The notes under the pieces were generated by a model. It was not told the origin of the DNA. It ran no database searches and worked only from the letters and a program-made list of their open reading frames with translations. From Octopus bimaculoides (taxonomy: Eukaryota): DNA of 50,824 bases. Every line of letters begins with the position of its first letter. The first letter of the stretch is position 1. Where the stretch lies: contig NC_068989.1 of NCBI RefSeq assembly GCF_001194135.2, positions 6,505,651-6,556,474 of the forward strand, in the 5' to 3' direction. Shown one piece after another: positions 24,737-37,279 of this stretch. A program made the position numbers and the translations under genes.

Positions 24737-24854
24737 TAGGCGCAGGAGTGGCTGTAGAAGAAGACACTTGCCCAAGGTGCCACGCAGTGGGACTGAACCC
24801 AGAACCATGTAGTTGGGAAGCAAGCTTCTAACCACACAGCCACTCCTACGCCTA
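24737..24854. mobile_element. Fold-back family-A SINE head
   Basis: taggcgcaggagtggctgt (24737-24755) and acagccactcctacgccta (24836-24854) are inverted, 18/19 matching. The interior is a minus-strand A head. Confidence 0.85.
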
Positions 24855-24878
24855 TGATATATATGTACGTAACACATG

Positions 24879-25259
24879 TGGAGGCGCAATGGCCCAGTGG
24901 TTAGGGTAGCGGACTCGCTGTCATAGGATCGCGGTTTCGATTCCCAGACCGGGCGTTGTGAGTGTTTATTGAGCGAAAACACCTAAAGCTCCACGAGGCA
25001 CCGGCAGGGGATAGTGGCGACCCCTGATAACCGTTTCCTCACAACTTTCTCTTTCTTCCTGTTTCTGTTGTACCTGTATTTCAAAGGGCCAGCCTTGTCA
25101 CACTCTGTGTCACGCTGAATCTCCCCGAGAACTACGTTAAGGGTACACGTGTCTGTGGAGTGCTCAGCCACTTGCACATTAATTTCATGAGCAGGATGTT
25201 CCGTTGATCGGATCAACTGGAACCCTCGACGTTGTAAGCGACGGAGTGCCAACAACAAC
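24879..25259 (+). mobile_element. SINE family C, full length
   Basis: ggaggcgcaatggcccagtggttaggg...gagtgccaacaacaac. Confidence 0.92.
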
Positions 25260-25936
25260 GTAACTTATATACGTACGTACATCCAAACACACATACAGAC
25301 CTACACACATATACGTGTATGTATGTATGTATGTATGTATGCATGCATGAATCAATTTGTGTCGGTGTAGGCATAGCTGTATGGGTAAGAAGCTTCCTCC
25401 CCCAACCACTCGTTTCCGAGTTCAGTTTCACTGAGTGGCGGCTTGGGCAAGGGTCTTCTACAGCAGTCCCGATAGAAACAGGAAGAAACCTCTCGTGTGT
25501 GTGTGTATTTGTATGTGTATGTGTGTGTGTGTGTGTGCGAAAGGGAAAGAGAGTGAGAGACAGAGAGCAAGAGAGAGAGAGAGAGAAAATGAGCGTTTCT
25601 TTGTCATATCACGTGTTTGTTGTAAACGAAAGTCACCTATGTACAAGCAGTGTCTTTCGTCTCCGAACACTAACGAAAACATGACTAGTCGTGGCGAAAT
25701 AATACCTTTCTTTGAAACAGGTGAGGGTAGGCGACAGGAAGAGCACCCAGGCGGAGAAATTCTACCTCAACAAATTCCGTCTGACTCATGCGGACATCGG
25801 AAAGTGGACGTTAAAACTATGATAATGACAATGGCGTATGTATTTATATATACCGTTATGTATACGTATCTGTTCTTACATGCTCAGATACGTGTGTATG
25901 CGATAATGCGGTTAAATATGCAGTAGAGTGTGTATA

Positions 25937-25967
<31 letters not shown>

Positions 25968-25986
25968 GTTTATGTGTGTGCATATG

Positions 25987-26032
<46 letters not shown>

Positions 26033-26093
26033 NNNNNNNNNNNNNNNNNNNNNNNNNNNNNNNNNNNNNNNNNNNNNNNNNNNNNNNNNNNNN

Positions 26094-26128
<35 letters not shown>

Positions 26129-26439
26129 TACAGATATATAGATACATACAGGCACAATACACACACACACATATATGTATGTATATTCGGTTTTGGCTGT
26201 CGTTATTGTTGCCCAAACGTAGACTTATGATCAAAAGGTGTTCCAAGCGCGACCATTCCTCCTTTACTCAGCCATGTAATATCTAGAACTCCAGGTCTGC
26301 AAATTGGCAGAACCGTTGGAGCACCTGGCAAATAGATATGTTCCGACACTCTGCGCTCTCGGTGGTTGAAGTCTTGCCAACGTCAGCTTATCCGTCACCT
26401 TTTAGCCGGGTGGAGGGGTGGATGGCGGCTGATTAATTA

Positions 26440-26730
26440 ACTTCTTCTTCTTCCCTTCGTTTCCTTTCATTTTCTCCTCCTTCACCACCACCTCCTCCTC
26501 CTTGATCTCATCTTTCTTCTTTTTCTTCTTCATGATCATCACTTTCTTCATTTTCTTCTTCCTTTTCACGTTCCTCCCCCACTCATCTCCCCTCCTCTTC
26601 TTTCCCTCCTCCTCTTCTACTTCCCCTCCTCCCCTTCTACTTCTCTTCTACTTCCCCTCCTCATTCTCTTCTCCATCTCCTTCTTCCCCTTCCCTCTCCT
26701 TTTTCTTCCTGCCCTCCCTCCCACCTCCGA
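26440..26730. repeat. CTT/CCT-rich polypyrimidine tract
   Basis: Direct inspection. Confidence 0.85.
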
Positions 26731-27265
26731 AATGTGTCTCTTATTCAAATTCTGAGATCCTATCCGATGCAGGCCATCCAGTCTGTGCGTTCCACGTTGC
26801 TCTGGAATACTCTTATTCACTTAGTAATGAATAAGAGTTTTCTTCCAGCAAACGTACGATCCTCGTCGAAACAGACGGAATATCTCACAACTATGTCGAT
26901 TATCGTCAACATACTTGTCGATTTTAAGGTGTTTATTGAGGGAGAATTCGCTGCTATTTCTTGCTGACATTAATATGTTCGAAGTGTTTATTTGTACGTC
27001 GGTGCACATCTCTCTCTCTCCGTGAATTAAGTGATCGCGCGCACGCGCGCACACACACACATTCAGATTCATACGCACATTCACAGATTCACACACACAC
27101 GAACACAAACACATTCACATTCACACACACACATTCACTCAAACACTCACATTCACAGACACTTTTACATAGTCATATTCACGCACACACATGCACACAC
27201 ACACACACTAGCATTCACACACACACACACACACATTCACATGCGCACACACACATAGGCACGCG

Positions 27266-27297
<32 letters not shown>

Positions 27298-27747
27298 TTT
27301 CTGTAATAATGTTCGAGTATGTATAAAATAAAACGTAATGTACTCACTTAAACACACACATACACACACATACACACAAGAATAAAAGAGAAAATATACA
27401 TTATTTATTCTTTCGTTCTTTTATTCTACGTTTCAGCCCAGAGGCTACGCCCATGCTGGGGCACCACCAGCAACAATAACCATAATGTATATACACACAC
27501 TTATATAATCTATATATGAAATATAAAAATACTATGTATACACACACACACACAAACACACACATATTTACATACATATACATGCATACATAAACACATA
27601 CACACACGCACGTACATACATACATATACTTACACGCATACACACACATATATATATATATACACACACATATATACAAGCGTATACATATACACACCTA
27701 TACATGCATACAAATACACACATATACACACACATACATACACACAC

Positions 27748-27787
<40 letters not shown>

Positions 27788-28294
27788 ATATGCATACATC
27801 CACACACATATACATGCATACAAATACACACATATACACCCACGCACACACATACACCTACACGCACGCACCCATATAATCGACATTTGCTACACGATTA
27901 TAATGTTCCCTTTATTGTTTCCAGAATGTCGGTTAAAATGGTAACAGATTCAAAACCAAAACGAAATAAAATGCAACGATACAAATAATAAATAAGCATA
28001 TAAAATAAATGGATAAAACTTGAGAAAGAACGTTGGTGGATTTGCAAACTTCTATAATGGTTGGTTTAAAACTGAGAATCGCAATGAATTGGCAGCAAGG
28101 AACGTTACTTGAATAGATCCAAGTACCCACACCCACGCACCTACACGCTCAAAGAGATACCTGTCTTTGCTAGCTTCGTGAGAAGATGGTCGCTTGGTAA
28201 AAACTGTACGGCGTCTTACACTGCTGCCTTGTACGATAGGCTCGCGTCGACCAATTGCTAGACGGAATATATGCGGAATGTATCTCTTTTATTC

Positions 28295-28722
28295 TTGTAT
28301 TCTTTTCTACTCTAGGCACAAGGCCCGTGATTTTTGGGGGGATGGGGGGAGACAGTCGATTAGATCGACCCCATTACGCAACTGGTACTTATTTTATCGA
28401 CCCCGAAAGGATGAAAGGCAAAGTCGACTTCGGTGGAATTTGAACTCAGAACGTAAAGACAGACGAAATACCGCTAAGCATTTCGTCCAGCGTGCTTACG
28501 TTTCTTATTTCTTTATTGCCCACAAGGGGCTAAACATAGAGGGGATAAACAAGGACAGACAAAGGGGTTAAGTCGTTTACATCGACCCCAGTGCGTAACT
28601 GGTACTTAATTTATCGACCCCGAAAGGATGAAAGGCAAAGTCGACCACGGTGGAATTTGAAGTCAGAACGTAACAGCAGATGAAATACCGCTAGGCATTT
28701 CGCCCGGCCTGCTAACGTTTCT
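28295..28722 (-). mobile_element. Two adjacent SINE-B copies with different tails
   Basis: Two cgaccccgaaaggatgaaaggcaaagtcgac cores. Both heads stop at ..acgtttct. Confidence 0.9.
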
Positions 28723-29019
28723 ACATTTACGGTGTCACCTTGGAACTCCAATGACTCCATTATCTCTTTGTTTAATAGGTATTTCGCAGCAATCTCCTGT
28801 TCTTGGATTGCAAAGGCATTTCCGTAGAAGTGTGATGTGATCTAGTGGTCACGTGTCCAAGATAGGCTACGGAATCTATGTGGGTGTCTTTTCAAAACAT
28901 TGTCTCGTTTAAAAAACTATATCGGGCGCCATGATGGTTCTAAGGTGTGGGTACAGGAGATGGTCAGGCTCTGCATAGGGTATAGACTACCACCATGTAT
29001 GTATATGTATGCACGAAAG

Positions 29020-29065
<46 letters not shown>

Positions 29066-29554
29066 ATGTATANNNNNNNNNNNNNNNNNNNNNNNNNNNN
29101 NNNNNNNNNNNNNNNNNNNNNNNNNNNNNNNNNNNNNNNGTTTATACACACACACACATATATAGATACACACACATACACACACACACATATATATATA
29201 TATATACATACATACACACACATATATATATACATACACATAAATATATATACACACATATATACGCATGTATATATATACACACACATATATATATATG
29301 CTTATATATATATATATATACATATATACACATACACATATATACATATATATATGTATACACACACATATACACAAGTATATATATATATATGTATACA
29401 TATATATATATATATATATATGTATACATACACACACATACATATAAATAAATACATATACATACAGATATATGTGTGTATTGATTATAATCGATATTGA
29501 CTGTAGGTGCTATTTTAGATGGATAATTCAATTAGATACAGATTAGTATACATA

Positions 29555-29790
29555 CTTGATATCGGTTTCGAATTATGGCACAAGACCAGCAACTCTGGGG
29601 GAGAGAGAGGAAGTCGATTACATCGCCCCATCCCCCAGTGCGTAACTGGTACTTATTTAATCGACCTCGAAATAATGAAACGCAAAGTCGACCCTCAGCA
29701 AATTTTGAACCCAGAACGAGAAGATGGACGAAATGCCGCTAAGCATTTTGTCCGGCGTGCTAACGATTCTGCCAGATCGCCGCCGCCTTA
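29555..29790 (-). mobile_element. SINE family B
   Basis: actggtacttatttaatcgac...gctaacgattctgccagatcgccgcc. Confidence 0.85.
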
Positions 29791-30184
29791 CACGAACTTA
29801 ATATCAAGACTAAGGCAAATATTAGCAAGGAAGTCTCAATATCAAAATTGATATTAGAAAGGAAATCAACATGTAATGATGGCGCTATAACAATTATGCT
29901 ATGAGTTGGTTTAATTGTATTAATAACAAAAATAACTCCAAATTTAGCCGATTTGCTATTTTTGAATCTTCACCATCTATCTTCGCATCTCGATTTATCA
30001 GAATTGGCTTAGATATATTACAGAGATAATAAGGAAATTTGAATTAGTGTGAAAGCTAAGAAATCTCCGCTTTTTGATAAAAGGTTTTGACTGGGTGAGA
30101 AAAATAAGATACAATAGATTCTTTTGATGTAATTATGGGTTTGTTTGATGGCGCTGATATAAGCGATATTTATTCTGTTTCATT

Positions 30185-30530
30185 TATTTTGTACTTGGTT
30201 ATTAGATTGCGGTCATGCTGGGGCACACATAGGACTTTTCTTTTTACAACATAGTACATATTCTATCGATCTCTTATCACGAACCGCTATCACACCAAAA
30301 CCAGTTGTCAAGTGGTGGTATAAGACAGATACAGATACAAAACTCACGTATACACATAGATATATGCTCCTAAGATGGCATTCTTTTCAGTTTTCGTCTA
30401 CTAAATCCACTCACAAGGCTTTGGTCGACCTGGAACTATGGTTGGAGACATTTGCCCTAGATGCCACACAGAGGGACCGAACCCGGAACCATGTGGTTGG
30501 GAAGCAAGGTTTTTACCACACAACCACGCA
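30185..30530 (-). mobile_element. Decayed SINE family A
   Basis: aaatccactcacaaggctttggtcg...ccggaaccatgtggttgggaagcaag. Confidence 0.8.
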
Positions 30531-30689
30531 TATGTCTATCTAACTGGATGTATGTACGTGTGTGTGTGTGTGTGTGCGTGTGTGTTAGTCCTAGGACTCG
30601 TAGGGCTGGTTTACCGGTTTCCATGGCGTATCACAACCGTAACCCCGGATGGGACGCCAGTCCGTCACACGGTTCAAGGACAGCAGCTT

Positions 30690-30882
30690 TGAGAGGAGGG
30701 GATCAAGTCAATAACATAGAACCAAGTATTTGACTGGTACTTTATTTTATCGATCTCAAAGGGACAAAGAGCAAAGTTGACCTCGATGGGATTTGAGCTC
30801 AGAACATAAAGAGCCGGAAGAAATTCCGCTAAACATTTTATCCGACTTACTAACAGCGATTCTACCAGCATGCCGCCTTATA
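30690..30882 (-). mobile_element. Decayed SINE family B
   Basis: gactggtactttattttatcgat...tttgagctcagaac...ccagcatgccgcctt. Confidence 0.75.
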
Positions 30883-31674
30883 ATAAAGCGCGATAATCTC
30901 ATGAATTGAAAGATCGGATCACTTACACTTCTAGCTATCGTATACTAAAACCATACGCTTTAATATAATTGTGTTTACACCACTTTTCTTTAAACTAGGT
31001 GTCCAAGATTACTGAAAATTTCCCAGTTTTAATTCATATGCGTTTCTCTATTATCCACTGATACAGAAAAATTATCTCATAGAAACGCTTTTCAACTGAG
31101 TTATAGGTGTGCTACCAATGGGAAGAATTTAATTACTTATTACACTTCTAAAGATAACCGAGAACAACTGTATATGTAGAAATAATAACGAATGCCCATT
31201 AAACCAACAATTCATATAATGGAGTGATCGTGTATGAAACGGAATTGCTTCTACCGAGTTAAATATTGATGTGATACGAAAAACTAACACTTCAAATATG
31301 ACAGGACAAATTTCAGGTTATCAGAAATTTCGTTTAAAACATTTTTGCGTTGGAAAATTCGCCGTAAAAAATTATGAATTGCAGAAAAAATATAAGAAAG
31401 AACATTAGGTGTTTTCTTAAAATGGCAACTTCATCAACTAAGCTACCGAGCAGAGAAAGGTAATTTTTTTTTTAAAATGAGTTTCTAGTTTATAATCTGC
31501 TTGTTTGCCGCCGTTATGGCTAAATTTCCGACGACAAACTTTCTTACGGCAAAAATCTCTACGGCGAATTTAAACATGGGAACTTTTGATTATATCTCTT
31601 CTTTCAACCCTACAGAAAAGAAGAATGTTACAAAATTGTCCAATTGTACTGAATATACTTTAAAGAATATATTT

Positions 31675-31860
31675 CTTATATTCTTCTATTTGTTTCAGTC
31701 ATTTGACTGCGGCCATGCTGGAGCACCGCCTTTAGTCGGGCAAATCGACCCCAGGATTTATTCTTTGTAAGCCTAGTACTTATTCTATCGGTCTCTTTTG
31801 CCGAACCGCTAAGTTATGGGGGACGCAAACACACCAGCATCGGTTGTCAAGCGATGGTGG

Positions 31861-31899
<39 letters not shown>

Positions 31900-32015
31900 C
31901 ACGACGTGCTTCTTTCAGTTTTCGTCTAGTAAATCCACTCACAAGGTGCCACGCAGTGGGACTGAACCTGGAATCCATGTGTTTGGTAAGCAAGCTACTT
32001 ACCACACAGCCATAT
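31675..32015 (-). mobile_element. SINE family A with an internal deletion
   Basis: tttcagtcatttgactgcggccatgctggagcaccgcc...gtgggactgaacc...ccacacagcc. Confidence 0.9.
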
Positions 32016-34139
32016 ATGTACATACATGCATATGTTCCATGCTTGTATTTGGTGTGTCTATGTACGTAGGATTCCTGTCTACAGCTTCTCCGCAGAAAAA
32101 AAAACTGAGTTGGATATAGTTGTTAAATGCATACGAAATATATTTCTCATTGTGGAACACAACTAAAGCCCTTCGCTTCCTATGAAACATTGGCCATCGA
32201 CGACTTTTCCCCGCTTTTCTCAACTCCTGGCTGTCTTTTCTGCTTCACCGAGGAAGGGTCTCCCTTTTTTCGGAGTTTGTAGTTTTGAATTATTACCGTT
32301 AATTCTCTAACTTTGCTGTTTGTTCTTAGTAAGCATTTTGGCCCTATGCAAGCCCATTTTTACCTCTACGAAGAGATGATTCCTAATAGTCTAGACATTG
32401 TTCTTTGACGAGTCCAGCACAGTACAGTAGGCCCGAACTTGCGCCGCTCCGTTGGCACAACGCAGCTCTCAGTCTCCGCAACAAGAACTCCACCTCACCG
32501 AAACAAGAACCAACCCTGGTGGTAGAGTATAGAACATAATCTGACTATAACAGAATGATTTGGTTGTATTAAAGACACACCACAGTAAATTTACGTAATT
32601 TAGTGTCACCGAATTCTACCTTTCCATAAATAATCCTATTCTCACAGTTTTAACTTACACAAAATGCTTCATACCAATTAGTGAATCTGGTATAGAGATC
32701 AACATGCATGTTGTAAATCCCTTTAGCATCTCAACTGGCGAGATCGTTCGCTCACTGTGCTGTGTTGGGGAAACATTTATAAAATTGATTTGCATCTGGC
32801 TTATCTGAAAATGGCAAATAAACTAACACCTAGAAAAATTTTCTATGTATAGATCTACGCATGTGATTTGTCGAATGTGATTCTCGGATTACCAGCAGAG
32901 TGCAATGTCATCTTTCAGTAAATAAATTAATATCCCAGCGCTGCAGCGTGTATTGTGTAGCTGCTATGTTTCGTACATTTGACACAGTCCAGTGCATAGA
33001 AATAAATTTTATAGCGGGAAGAAACACAACAGTGATAGGAGCTTTCGCTTAGCTCATAGGATAATTTAATTTAAGCTAAAAACAAAAAACAAAAAAAGAA
33101 AGAAGGAAAAAAAAACTTGGAAACGAATAATTTGATGTTTCCAAGAAATCAACCGCTGGAGCAGGATTATGTTAAGTTTCCGACCTTTTACATGAAAGAA
33201 TTCTTGCGTTGTGATCGGTTTAGATGTAGAGCGCTAATCTTATAGCCCCCACCTAATATGAACGGACGTTTACTTTATAGATTAAGAAAAGACCTCAAAG
33301 AAGTATTTAGTCAAACAGCTTTAGCTCCCGAATCACCGTTAATCTTAGTTCAGCAAACTTATTGATGAAAATCATTTTAGCGATGGTTATTGTGTATATA
33401 AGATTGCATTACCCAAAGTATCCTTCTTTTTCTTAGACAATAATATGTGATTTGAGAGAGGTTTGTTTGACTGTTATTTCTAGCAGTTAGATGAAGCTTC
33501 CAAAGACGCATTCACATCATTGCTGTTATAGTTTATTTCCAAATCCGCCCTTATCGAGTAAGATTGCTCTGATGAAAGGGGATCTGATCGGGATATCATT
33601 CTATTTCTATATTTATCGGGAAATATCAGGGTGCGAATAAAGTGTATGTAGGAATACATTTTCCAATGTGTTCTTCCCTTTTGTTTTAAAGAGGATAGCG
33701 TGTGATTCGAGAGAGATTTAATTGCTATTTCTAGCAGATCGATTTATCCTATGAAGACTACAACAACGACGCGCTCTCCTTTTTTTTTTATCTCCTGTTT
33801 AGTTTGGACCGAATTGATCGGCTATAATTAAAGACATTCCAACCTGGGCACCTTCCATCATCTATTTTGTTTTTATCAGGATTAGTGTACCAAAGAGTAC
33901 ATTTTCCATTGTGTTGCTCCCTGCTAATCTATCGGAGAATCAAGAAGGCTTAAAACCGTTTGTGAAGACCTTCAAACGTGTCATCCTCTTCTCTTTCGAA
34001 GCGCATCGTTTCTATGTTGAACCTCCTCTCAGTCATAAGTCCTCTTAATCATAAATCCTATTATTCTGATAGATTCTTTCCTCCAACTACTCCTCACTGG
34101 AACTCACTCTTATCGTCTTGTTTTCCTTTTGTCTATGAT

Positions 34140-34372
34140 ATTCAATCCTTTAAGCTTTTTTTATTTCTTTACTGCTCATAAGGGGCTACACATAGATGGG
34201 ACAAACAAGGACAGACAAACGGATTAAGTCGATTATATCGACCCCAGTGCGTAACTGATACTTATTTAATCGACCCCGAAAGGATGAAAAGCAAATCCGA
34301 CCTCGGTGGAATTTGAACTCACAACTAAGCATTTCGTCTGGCGTGCTAATGTTTCTGCCAGCTCTCCGCCTC
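34140..34372 (-). mobile_element. SINE family B
   Basis: aaggacagacaaacggattaagtcgattatatcgacccc...gtttctgccagctctccgcc. Confidence 0.9.
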
Positions 34373-35817
34373 CAAGCTTTCTATCAATCAATATGTTTTG
34401 AGTTAGTCGGTCCCTTCTTTCTTTATAGTTCATTTCACTCCAGTGGCCTCAAAACATGTTTGAGATAAAATCGCATTAAAAAAAAGAGACTGTATGATTT
34501 AAAGGGATTTAAAAAAAAACAGGCTTTCTAACGGATTCAACGATCATGATGAGACTCCTTCATTATCTCAACATCTGTTTCGGTTTTTGAAATATTCTCT
34601 AGAAAGATATACCATTGCTCATTATGTATAGACGGTTAGGATATGGTGATGGAAACGGTTGAAGTTGCAAATTGCATCAGGATTTCCCCAGAAGTAAAAA
34701 GAAAACCCCATCTCTTTTTTGCAGAACCCCTGAGACTGGTACGGCTGAGAGAATAGTGGAGTTGGTTTGAATAAGAGTCGAAAGGTTGTGTTAAATTCAG
34801 CGACAATTAAAGATACAATCCAAGAACTGGGCAAAGGTTTCTGCAACGCATGGGCTTCCTCACAGTTTCTGTTTACCAAATTCTACAAGATATTTATCGG
34901 CTTCAGTTTACAACAGGATAGAACATGAAACCACGTATTTGCAAAATAAATCTCATGTCTTTACTGTCTTAGCCATGTCATTGTCAAACAAAAGACATAA
35001 AGTCGAAGATTACATGAGAAATAAAGAAGAAAAAAATATCCTTAAAACTGCACAAAAATCTCCAAAACGAATATTAAAGCAGTACTCTATAGTCACGAGA
35101 GATTTCATTAAAAAATTATTATAATTGCTCTTAAATCAACACGCTTGCATCCAAAATGCCAAACGTTATGTCGTACGTGTTAATTGGGCGACACCTTTAT
35201 TTTCTTTTGAAAACATTGACTTTGAAACTAATCGAAGCTAACTCCGTATTTCATAAAGGTCAGATGTGTTAATTTAAGTTGGCTTAAGTGCATTTCTAAT
35301 GAATATTTTAATGAAATCCTTGGTGCGAAAAGCTTAATGTTGCTTTTAGAGTGTTTATGCTTCACTGTAATATATATATTAATTTTTGGCGTAACCGACC
35401 ATATTGCTTTTGTTGTTTGGTTACCACCGCCAACCCAGAAACAGTTGAGAGCAACTGAATATATTTAATTCAGTATTTTTCCTGGTTTCTTTATGTGAAT
35501 ATGGTTCTTCTGATTTCAAATCCCACTGGATTAAGTTTCGTTTTAATTTCCCCCACCCGGGATCAATAAAATATTTATACTGAAGATGTTAGGTTTTGTA
35601 AACACAATTGACTCAGCATTTCATAGGTTTTTACTCTCTTTTCTCAAGCCTCACGTGCCCCGCATTGCTAAATTAAACATACTTGGAAGTGCAGCTCAAA
35701 TAAGAGTTAGCAATTACGTGATTCCAAATGCAATCCCATTGAGTAGTGGGTTACATAAATGTGTTCTATACTACGTTAAATTCGATCTCCGGCTTAGGAG
35801 TGAAATTTGCCAGATAG

Positions 35818-35973
35818 CAGTGGCGTGGCTAGGGTGGGGTAGGTGGGGGTGTATTGGTGAGGTTCACCCGGGGTGGCACATTCTAGCATGTTGTATAAGC
35901 CTGCATAAGAGCGGAGAAGCGGCAGCAAACTTAAGAACAGCTCCAGGCAGCACACACTCTAGCTATGCCACCA
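35818..35973. mobile_element. Possible small hAT (Tip100/Blackjack-like) MITE
   Basis: Left end cagtggcgtggctag and right end ctagctatgccacca give an 11/13 inverted core. No clean 8-bp TSD. Confidence 0.45.
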
Positions 35974-36317
35974 CTAGAGGAAAACTATGCGGAAACTCGT
36001 CAGAAAGCTCATGCTACTTGGTAACAGATTAAATCATTATTTGAACAGATGCCAATTTGTTGTGAAGCATTTCTACCAGATCTTAGGATTTTGCACTTAT
36101 TTCCCCTATCATCATACAGGTGACTCTTTTCCAATATTCAGATGGCTTCAAGTCCTCTATCTCAGCTAACATTTTCTCTACAACAACTTTAATGTTCGTG
36201 CTCTCCAGCGCCGTTAACTGTTCACCTATACATCAAGCTATTCTTGAAAAGGGAAACAAAAATGTCAATTTCAGCCGAAACACCCTGTACATACATACAT
36301 ACGTATGTATGTATGTG

Positions 36318-36612
36318 GAGTACTGGTGGAATGTCCCAGTGAAAACCTGAATAAAATGTAAGCACAACAGCCCTGATATAATGATTTGCGATAGAGAAGA
36401 GAAATTAGATTCCCAGTAGATGTTAACATAAAGCTAAAGATCAGTGAAAAAGAGACCACCTATGCGGAACTATTGAGAAATCTGCAGTTACTCTATCGAG
36501 ATTACAAGTTCAGGTTTATACCTGGGATATGTAACACACACACTGCCTAAATACCAATCTTGAGAAATTAGGCTTCTCAAAACCAGAAAGGAGAAATCTG
36601 ATTCGAAGACTA
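36318..36612 (+). mobile_element. Decayed restriction-like-endonuclease (RLE) domain of an R2/NeSL/HERO-group non-LTR retrotransposon
   Basis: EYWWNVPVKT*IKCKHNSPDIMICDREEKL..VDVNIKLKISEKETTYAELLRNLQLLYRDYKFRFIP..GYVTHCLNTNLEKLGFSKPERRNLIRRL. It shows the HNRPD-like and K..K..Y motifs, with one stop and deletions. Confidence 0.8.
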
Positions 36613-36900
36613 CATACATACATACATACATACATAGATACATACACAAATGCCCTGTTGTTGACTTTGAAATTCCAAAGAAGGATCCTTGGATCTAGGC
36701 TAGAAACTGACTCTTTCTTTATCGGTAAGAAATCTTGAAATAAATCTAAATAATAACATGCATAGATGCACACACACACACACACGCGTGTGAATTTGTA
36801 TCAAGGAAGCGTTTGGGAACCGGTGTCAGCAAAAGTGAGCGATAGAATAAGTTCTAGACTTAAAAAAATAAGCACTGAGGTGGATTTGTTTAACAAAAAC

Positions 36901-37161
36901 CAGCGGTTTCTCAACCATTTAAAAAAAAAATATGAACCCTTTTTTTTATCCCTATTTTATACAGAGGGAGAGATGCTCATAGCCATTCAATGCCTAAAAA
37001 CTCCTATTATATTTTTATGATTAATATCGTTAGGAATTGTATAAAATGCTTAAATGTTTAATGCTTTATAGAAATATAACCAGTTTATTGCACACAAATT
37101 TTAAAAACAAAATTTTATGTGGACCCTCGAGGGTCATATGGGCCGCAGTTGAAAACTACTG
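36901..37161. mobile_element. hAT-Charlie-type MITE nested in a family-A SINE tail (~36810-37220)
   Basis: TIRs cagcggtttctcaac / gttgaaaactactg. The flanks rejoin into the SINE-A tail (gatttgtt..gactaaa..cagcat). The 8-bp flanks acaaaaac/gactaaac are imperfect. Confidence 0.7.
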
Positions 37162-37241
37162 GACTAAACCTTTCAAAGCTATGCTCTAGCATTGCCATAA
37201 TCCAGTGACTGAAACAACAAAAAGATCCAAAAAGATAGAGG

Positions 37242-37279
<38 letters not shown>

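Noticed and set aside
25435-25926. 163-aa plus-strand ORF
   Set aside because: It starts in a SINE, runs through (GT)n/(GA)n, and has no recognisable domain.
32400-32530. GC-rich segment with minus-frame CFGEVEFLLRRLRAA, resembling a cNMP-binding FGE motif
   Set aside because: The open frame is short, there are no convincing splice sites, and the rest of the domain is absent.
36110-36225. Minus-frame EQLTALESTNIKVVVEKMLAEIEDLKPSEYWKR, protein-like
   Set aside because: It could not be assigned to any family and lies between mobile-element relics. There is too little support to call an exon.
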